Positions 16,509 through 22,156 of a DNA stretch of 32,000 nucleotides are shown here, one piece after another; the first letter of the stretch is position 1, and each line of letters starts with the position of its first letter. Position numbers and translations under genes: made by a program. The notes under the pieces are model-generated. The model was not told the DNA's origin, ran no database searches, and was given only the letters and a program-made list of their open reading frames with translations. The stretch is from Chitinophagaceae bacterium (GTDB taxonomy: Bacteria > Bacteroidota > Bacteroidia > Chitinophagales > Chitinophagaceae), in contig JADKKA010000006.1 of the NCBI GenBank assembly GCA_016720745.1, positions 152,516-184,515 of the forward strand, written 5' to 3'.

Positions 16509-16579
16509 TAGTTGATAGTCATTAGTCGTCAGTCGTCAGTCGGCAGTCGGCAGTCGGCAGTCGGCAGTCGGCAGTCTGA
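16509..16579. repeat. Heptanucleotide tandem array (about 10 units, 5 perfect) directly abutting the Rieske start codon
   Basis: Plus strand: TAGTTGA TAGTCAT TAGTCGT CAGTCGT (CAGTCGG)x5 CAGTCTG. The period is exactly 7. The first unit begins one base after the start codon (16506-16508). Confidence 0.9.
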
Positions 16580-16727
16580 TGCGGCTGTCAAGATAAGACG
16601 GGTTGTTGGTTTTTTTGGAGTGAGGGTAAGGAATTTTTTACCGGTGCGGGCAGAGAAATGAGATAAAGAGGATGCGCAGAGGAATGATTCTGTCTGATTG
16701 GTGAATAGGGCTCCTCCTTTTAAACTT

Positions 16728-16767
16728 CTCAACCACTCAACAACTCAACTACTCAACCTCTCAACTA
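16728..16767. repeat. Octanucleotide tandem array (CTCAACNN)x5 ending on the hflX stop codon
   Basis: CTCAACCA CTCAACAA CTCAACTA CTCAACCT CTCAACTA. The last three bases (16765-16767, CTA) are the reverse complement of the hflX TAG stop. Confidence 0.85.
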
Positions 16768-17955
16768 ATACAAAAACTCTGACTTATAAGGGTACCTCAC
16801 CCGATACATGGACCTTACTTTATCAAGAATTGATTTCCTTAGCTGATCAATATTCTTTTTTTCGAGGGCGGAAACAAAAACAGCATTGCCGCCTGTTTCA
16901 TGTTGCCAGCGTTCGTAGAGGTCTTCCAGGATTTCTTTTTTTGTATTTTCTTCCAGCCATTCGTCAAAGGTGTAGGCTTCGTAGAGATCCATTTTATTGA
17001 AGATGGTGAGCACTGGTTTGTCGTGGGCATCCAGTTCATGAAGGGTTTTATTCACCACAGCAATCTGTTCTTCATAAGCGGGATGGGATACATCCACTAC
17101 ATGCAGGAGGATATCTGATTCCCTTACTTCGTCAAGCGTGCTTTTAAAGCTTTCCACCAGGTGGTGAGGGAGTTTGCGGATAAAACCTACGGTGTCGCTC
17201 AAGAGAAACGGCGTGGTTTCAAAAACAACTTTACTGGTTGTTGTATCAAGTGTGGCGAATAATTTATTTTCGGCAAACACATCTCTTTTGCTCAGCAGGT
17301 TCATGATCGTGCTCTTGCCCACATTGGTATACCCTACAAGGGCTACCCTGATAAATTCTCCTCTTTCTTTACGCTGGGTGAAAGATTGTTTGTCAATTTC
17401 TGCCAGTCTTTTTCGCAGCAGTGATATTTTATCCCGGACAATCCTTCTGTCTGTTTCAATTTCTGTTTCGCCTGGTCCTCTGGTACCAATACCTCCGCCT
17501 AATCGTTCCAGGTGTTTCCACATGCCGCGGAGGCGGGGCAGGATATACTGGTATTGGGCCAGTTCCACCTGTGCCCGGGCCTGTGCGGTTTTAGCGCGGC
17601 TGGCGAAGATGTCGAGGATCAGGTCACTGCGGTCAATGGTTTTTATTTCCAGGGCTTTTTCAATATTGTTGATCTGTGCGCCGCTGAGTTCGTCATCAAA
17701 TATGATGATGCGGATATCACGGCCCTGAATATACTGGCGGATTTCTTCCAGTTTACCCTTGCCGACAAATGTACGGCTGTCGGGGTGCGGGAGTTTTTGT
17801 GTAAAGCGTTTAACGGCTACCGCGCCGGCGGTTTCGGCCAAAAAGGCGAGTTCGTCGAGGTATTCGTTGAGTTGTTGTTCGGTTTGGTCTTTGTGTACGA
17901 GACCGACTAAAACGGCTTTTTCTTCTTTTTGAATTTTCTTCTTGGTATCGAGCAT
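16765..17955 (-). CDS. hflX: GTPase HflX
   Basis: 396 aa with an N-terminal HflX domain (LDELAFLAETAGA, IIFDDELSGAQINNIE, TAQARAQVELAQ). G motifs are GYTNVGKST (G1), DTVGF (G3) and NKMD (G4). Confidence 0.95.
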   Translation of the reverse strand: MLDTKKKIQKEEKAVLVGLVHKDQTEQQLNEYLDELAFLAETAGAVAVKRFTQKLPHPDSRTFVGKGKLEEIRQYIQGRDIRIIIFDDELSGAQINNIEKALEIKTIDRSDLILDIFASRAKTAQARAQVELAQYQYILPRLRGMWKHLERLGGGIGTRGPGETEIETDRRIVRDKISLLRKRLAEIDKQSFTQRKERGEFIRVALVGYTNVGKSTIMNLLSKRDVFAENKLFATLDTTTSKVVFETTPFLLSDTVGFIRKLPHHLVESFKSTLDEVRESDILLHVVDVSHPAYEEQIAVVNKTLHELDAHDKPVLTIFNKMDLYEAYTFDEWLEENTKKEILEDLYERWQHETGGNAVFVSALEKKNIDQLRKSILDKVRSMYRVRYPYKSEFLY

Positions 17956-18220
17956 ATAGGGGTTCCTTCGGAGGGTAAAATTAGAGAATAGTGGGGTGGT
18001 GGGGGAATATTTTTTTTATTTATATAATTTTTTGGGGTGAGTAATGAGGTTACGAGGTTTTATTCAGCCTTACTGATATTATTTTCTTTTTTCTTGATAA
18101 AGTGGGACCAGATCTTACTGCCAGATTTTTACTGGCTACAAACTGATGTGCTATCACTATTTAAAAAGCAATTTTATTATTTTTTTGGAGACAAGGGCTT
18201 GAATTTGGAGGTAGCTTTTT

Positions 18221-18940
18221 TAAGAGTCTTTTCTCTACTTACTTTTTTTCTTGATAAAAAAAGTAACAAAAAAATCAAGACGGTTCGAAGCGGAATTTTC
18301 CGCTCTTGGGAAATTGCTGCAGACGAACCGTCGCCCGACGCTCAAAACTTTGCACGGACCTTAATGCGGTAAGTCTTATGCGTGATGTAGTTGAATACAT
18401 TACAGCGCTGATTTTTCGATCTCCGGCCTTATAGAAAACTGAGACGAAATCCAGATCGAAAAATAGGCGCTTGCAAAATTTTACTTTATTTGGAACTCAA
18501 AAGCTATCAGATGCCCTGGCCTTTTAGTTTCTCTCATCGAAGTGTAAAAAGGTTAAAATCTCTGTCCATACGGCCAACTGAAAAAAAACGGGGAAAGGAT
18601 CTTATATAGATTTAGGGCCATTGCTTTACCCTTTGTCTATTAAACAAAGCACTATTTCTTAAATCGGCTATGAGCTTTGAACATAATGAATTTCCATAGC
18701 GCCTATTTTTCGATTTGAACAACATCACAATTTTATACATCGCTGCAAATCGAAAAATCAGCGCAGTAGGATAACCCGCCAAATCACGCATGAAAAATCT
18801 GGCATTAAAGCCCGTGCCAGAGCTTACTTTCCGGGGGCCGGTTCGACTTCGGAAAATTCCAAAGAGAATGAATTTCCCTTTCGAACCGGCTTGATTTTTT
18901 GTTACTTTTTTATCAAGAAAAAAGTAAGGAAAGACTCTTA
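18221..18940. repeat. Imperfect ~720-bp palindrome: two inverted, diverged copies of a multi-hairpin non-coding module
   Basis: 18221-18290 matches the reverse complement of 18878-18940 apart from one 4-nt indel, three A/T-run length changes and a few substitutions. Homology islands continue inward to about 18470 and 18699, and the centre is mostly unique. Details are in the findings. Confidence 0.85.
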
Positions 18941-18979
18941 TTAGGAAAAAGTTTCGTTAGTTCAGCAGTACACTTCTAT

Positions 18980-19014
18980 TTACTTTTTTTATCAAGAAAA
19001 AAAGTAAGGAAAGA
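18980..19014. repeat. Extra copy of the AT-rich hairpin motif found at the palindrome ends
   Basis: TTACTTTTTTT ATCAAG AAAAAAAGTAA GGAAAGA (18980-19014) repeats 18902-18934 (TTACTTTTTT ATCAAG AAAAAAGTAA GGAAAGA). It is also the reverse complement of 18239-18266. Confidence 0.85.
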
Positions 19015-19071
19015 TTTCTTTCTTTACCAAAGACCAAATCATAACAACTTACTTCACATTTGTAAACTTGC

Positions 19072-19108
19072 AAAAAAAAACACAGCTGATGCAATCAGCT
19101 GTGTTTTT
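19072..19108. terminator. Bidirectional rho-independent terminator (ends the OMP gene on the minus strand)
   Basis: CACAGCTGAT (19081-19090) pairs with ATCAGCTGTG (19094-19103). It is flanked by A9 (19072-19080) and T5 (19104-19108), and lies 21 nt past the stop at 19129. Confidence 0.75.
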
Positions 19109-19128
19109 GATATCTTCTTTAAAAAATC

Positions 19129-19857
19129 TTACAACCCACTCAATGTAATCCCAATACTAAACGGCCTTACCACAGGTCCAAAACCATCTTTAAACAATGG
19201 TGTTAACTGGTAACTGCCATATAAACTCACATGGCCATAGCCGATCCGCCCCTGCATACTGATCCTGTTCTTATTGAAGAAATATTTACTGGACTCTTTT
19301 AAAGTATGATCAGCAATGGTAGCAGAAGTACTGCTTTCATACTTGGTATTGCGGGTATGGGCATTAATCAGTAACCCAACCTTCACACCAATCGCCGCCT
19401 TCAGGCCCTTGCCATGTAAAGGATCGGAAGAAAAGCGAAACTCGATCGGAGCTTCCGCATATACCGTGGCCAGTTTGGTTTTTTTATAATTGTTGGTATC
19501 AGAAACATTGGTGAACTGAATCGTACTGGTATTTCTTTTGATGCCCACATCTGTTTGGGAGAACACAATATGATCACTGGCAATACCAGGTCCAAAGGCC
19601 ATACTCAGCTTCGGATTGGTTTTGAAAGGAAAATCCAAAAGGAAATAAACATTAAAACTTTTAGAGAAACCCGATTTATTGATCGTGTCCGGAATCCCGG
19701 CCCAACCGGTATATCCAAACTGGAGCATGAAGTGATCGCTGGGACGATTACTCATATCAATGTTCTGTTTCTTCTTCTTGTCGGTCTGGGGATTGTTCTG
19801 TGCCATCGCAGCAAATCCAAGACATAGTAATACGGGGACGATCAGCGTTTTCTTCAT
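19129..19857 (-). CDS. Outer-membrane beta-barrel protein (porin-family / OmpA-beta-barrel-like)
   Basis: Signal peptide MKKTLIVPVLLCLGFAAMAQ. Amphipathic beta-strands alternate throughout, ending in the aromatic-rich SLYGSYQLTPLF...FSIGITLSGL. Confidence 0.75.
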   Translation of the reverse strand: MKKTLIVPVLLCLGFAAMAQNNPQTDKKKKQNIDMSNRPSDHFMLQFGYTGWAGIPDTINKSGFSKSFNVYFLLDFPFKTNPKLSMAFGPGIASDHIVFSQTDVGIKRNTSTIQFTNVSDTNNYKKTKLATVYAEAPIEFRFSSDPLHGKGLKAAIGVKVGLLINAHTRNTKYESSTSATIADHTLKESSKYFFNKNRISMQGRIGYGHVSLYGSYQLTPLFKDGFGPVVRPFSIGITLSGL

Positions 19858-19963
19858 AAGTCTCGTTAAGGGCGCAAATATATTTTTCTTTGGGTTAAAG
19901 ATTGGTTAATAAGGAGTAATAATTATTATTTTACTAATTTCGCCCCCTTGAGCACACCGCTCA

Positions 19964-20037
19964 GGACCCTTAGCTCAGACGGTTAGAGCATCTGACTCAT
20001 AATCAGAGGGTCGTTGGTTCGATCCCAACAGGGTCCA
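19964..20037 (+). tRNA. tRNA with CAT anticodon; its features favour tRNA-Ile2 (lysidine type) over elongator tRNA-Met
   Basis: Hand-folded cloverleaf: acceptor GGACCCT/AGGGTCC, D arm GCTC/GAGC, anticodon stem TCTGA/TCAGA with loop CTCATAA, T arm GTTGG-TTCGATC-CCAAC, discriminator A, and no encoded CCA. It lacks the initiator GGG/CCC anticodon stem. C4:G69 and C5:G68, plus overall similarity to E. coli ileX as I remember it, suggest Ile2. Confidence 0.93.
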
Positions 20038-20040
20038 CGT

Positions 20041-20067
20041 AGGCTGCAAATACCCGCAGCCTTTTTT
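20041..20067 (+). terminator. Rho-independent terminator after the tRNA
   Basis: AGGCTGC (20041-20047) pairs with GCAGCCT (20056-20062), followed by a T-run. Confidence 0.7.
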
Positions 20068-20170
20068 GTTTCCCGCTTGATACGAATCAAATAATCCGCC
20101 GCCTTTTTTGCCCACTGTGCGGAAATCGTCATGGATTTTCAGGTCCGATATCCTTAGATTTACGCAATCG

Positions 20171-20767
20171 ATGCCGGAGAACGAGAACATTAAACGATTG
20201 CTCACTGCCATTTCAGTCAACAACGACCAGGCTGCTTACCGGGAACTATTCATCCTGTTGCACGCCCGGCTGAAGCAGTTTGCCTATTCCATCCTGAAAT
20301 CAGGAGAGGAAGCAGAAGAGCTTGTGTCTGATGTGTTTATACGCATCTGGCAAAAAAGAGAGCAACTCGAAAATATCAATTCTCCCCTCCTTTATTTTTA
20401 TACCACCACCAAGAACCTGGCCCTCAATCAGCTCAGTAAACAAAAACGACAGGTTAATCTCTCACCCGAAGAATGGCTGGTTCAGGTCAATTCTCTCTAT
20501 TTCGACCCCGAACAACTGATGCTCACCGAAGAAATGTTCCGACAGGTGAAAAAAGCAGTCAATGACCTCCCTCCCCGCTGCCGGCTGATTTTCAAGCTGG
20601 TAAAAGAAGATGGCCTCCGGTACAAAGAAGTGGCCGAATTGCTGCAATTATCTGTCAAAACCATTGAGGCTCAAATGGCTATCGCATTAAGAAGGATCGG
20701 AAAATGCATGCATTTTGAGCTCAAAACGGCGATTCCGGCCAGGGCCCAGACAATTCTTAAAAAATAA
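20171..20767 (+). CDS. ECF-type RNA polymerase sigma-70 factor
   Basis: Region 2 is EELVSDVFIRIWQKRE. Region 4 HTH is LPPRCRLIFKLVKEDGLRYKEVAELLQLSVKTIEAQMAIALRRI. I placed the start at MPENENIK. The ORF-track start at 20108 lies 41 nt downstream of the tRNA terminator hairpin and adds a non-sigma-like leader. Confidence 0.88.
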   Translation: MPENENIKRLLTAISVNNDQAAYRELFILLHARLKQFAYSILKSGEEAEELVSDVFIRIWQKREQLENINSPLLYFYTTTKNLALNQLSKQKRQVNLSPEEWLVQVNSLYFDPEQLMLTEEMFRQVKKAVNDLPPRCRLIFKLVKEDGLRYKEVAELLQLSVKTIEAQMAIALRRIGKCMHFELKTAIPARAQTILKK

Positions 20768-20831
20768 TTAAAATTTCTTTAGGGGTAAGGACCGGTTCCG
20801 GCTGTCTTATGCAGGTATACCCATCAAAACC

Positions 20832-21938
20832 ATGAGCCAGGAGACTTTTTGGATTTTATTGTCGAAAAAACTATCGGGAGAGGCCAGTTTGGAAGAACTG
20901 GTTGTTCTGGAAAATCTGATTCTGGAACATCCCGAATGGCAATTGGCTATTCAAAACCTGGGAGAAATCTGGAAATATCAGCCGAAAAAGGACCAAACCG
21001 AAGAGGAAGACGCGTACATGCTTCATTTACAAAGAATGCAGGAACTGAATGTCCCGTTTGGGAATATGCCGGATCAGACACCGGTAGTTTCCATGTCGGG
21101 ACGAAAAAAGATGAAACGCTGGTATTGGGCCGCAGCCGTACTGCTGGTACTCGCCAGTACCTGGGCCCTGCTGATGAAACCCTTTAAAGGAGGACAAGGA
21201 CAGGAAATGGCCCGGCAGGTGAGCGAAATCACTACCCGGCCCGGCTCCACTTCCAAAGTGGAATTACCGGACGGTTCCATGGTTTGGCTGAATGCAGGAA
21301 GTAAACTGACCTACAATAAAGATTTTGGAAAAGAACTGCGGGAGGTGACCCTTTCAGGAGAAGGATATTTTGATGTAACCAAGATGAAGGACAAACCCTT
21401 TATCATTCATACATCCAATATCAATATCAAAGTACTGGGTACGGCCTTTAATGTAAAAGCTTATCCGGAAGATAAACTCAGTGAAACCAGCCTGATCAGG
21501 GGAAGCATAGAAGTCACGATCAAGAACCGGCCCAATGATAAAATCATCCTTTCCCCCAGTGAAAAACTGGTGGTGGAGAATGATCGGGTGGTTCGCAGAG
21601 GAGTAGTACAGAAACCCGTGGATGCCCCGGTTAGCCCCATGGTACCGATGGTAGCCGTAAATAAGTTAAGGTACAGTCCGGCTGATAGTTCCATTGATGA
21701 AATCGCCTGGATGGATAACCGGCTCATTTTCCGGAACGAAACCATGGAGGAGCTGGCCCTGCGGATGGAAAGAAGATATGCCGTACAGATCCAGATCGAG
21801 GCAGATGAGTTGAAAGAAATGAAGGTCAACGGCATTTTTGACCAGGAGTCAGTTGCCCAGGCCCTCGAAGCCCTGAAAGAAATGATCCCTTCCATCAATT
21901 ATGTGAAAGAAGGGAACCAAATAATTATTAACCGCTAA
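20832..21938 (+). CDS. FecR-family anti-sigma factor (transmembrane sensor)
   Basis: N-terminal cytoplasmic anti-sigma part, a single TM segment (WYWAAAVLLVLASTWALLM), a FecR domain (TTRPGSTSKVELPDGSMVWLNAGSKLTY...LSGEGYFDV) and a C-terminal DUF4974-like tail. Confidence 0.88.
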   Translation: MSQETFWILLSKKLSGEASLEELVVLENLILEHPEWQLAIQNLGEIWKYQPKKDQTEEEDAYMLHLQRMQELNVPFGNMPDQTPVVSMSGRKKMKRWYWAAAVLLVLASTWALLMKPFKGGQGQEMARQVSEITTRPGSTSKVELPDGSMVWLNAGSKLTYNKDFGKELREVTLSGEGYFDVTKMKDKPFIIHTSNINIKVLGTAFNVKAYPEDKLSETSLIRGSIEVTIKNRPNDKIILSPSEKLVVENDRVVRRGVVQKPVDAPVSPMVPMVAVNKLRYSPADSSIDEIAWMDNRLIFRNETMEELALRMERRYAVQIQIEADELKEMKVNGIFDQESVAQALEALKEMIPSINYVKEGNQIIINR

Positions 21939-22156
21939 TTGCTATGCTGTATGAATAAAACAACTGCCAATAACACTTCCTGAAAGGGTAAAAAACGGGA
22001 TTTCGCTGCAACGAAACCCCGTGTGAACAAACAGGTTGTACACCGGGAACTTTAAGACCCCCGGCATTCTTAACCCTTCAACTGTAATTTATGAAAAAAT
22101 CTGAAACAGCTGCTGTTTCACCTAAGGTTCTGTTGTATCTAAAGATTGCCAGAATT

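Noticed and set aside
16529-16732. A 67-aa minus-strand ORF (..CRLPTADCRLPTDD)
   Set aside because: It is just the translation of the heptamer array plus spacer. It has no start context and repetitive ends.
16509-16767. A CRISPR array hypothesis for the short tandem repeats, and likewise for the repeats at 18221..19014
   Set aside because: The units are 7 and 8 nt with no spacers. The 18-19 kb repeats are inverted copies with irregular spacing rather than 25-40-nt direct repeats separated by unique spacers. No cas genes are present.
17991-18037. G-runs (GGGG TGG TGGGGG ... GGGG) as a G-quadruplex upstream of hflX
   Set aside because: Only three substantial G-runs lie close together and the fourth is about 30 nt away. 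This is not a convincing four-tract G4 motif.
18000-19110. A replication origin (oriC) hypothesis for the AT-rich gene-free region
   Set aside because: I found no cluster of DnaA-box-like 9-mers (TTATCCACA or its complement). Only a single partial GGATAAC is present, and there is no dnaA or dnaN nearby.
18037-19213. Track ORFs 18037..18372 (+, 111 aa) and 18899..19213 (+, 104 aa) as protein-coding genes
   Set aside because: Their translations are F/L/K-rich strings produced by A/T runs. They run through the inverted-repeat arms and hairpins, and the second crosses a strong bidirectional terminator and overlaps the OMP gene end. The region is better explained as non-coding.
20108-20170. The ORF-track start of the sigma factor at 20108, and similarly 22091 for SusC and 11976 for the cupin gene
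   Set aside because: The upstream extensions add sequences unlike the family N-termini. For SusC the extension precedes a perfect signal peptide. For the sigma factor the leader starts only 41 nt after the tRNA terminator. Internal Met starts are more plausible, though unproven.
19975-20223. An 82-aa minus-strand ORF
   Set aside because: It overlaps the tRNA gene and its terminator and is therefore spurious.
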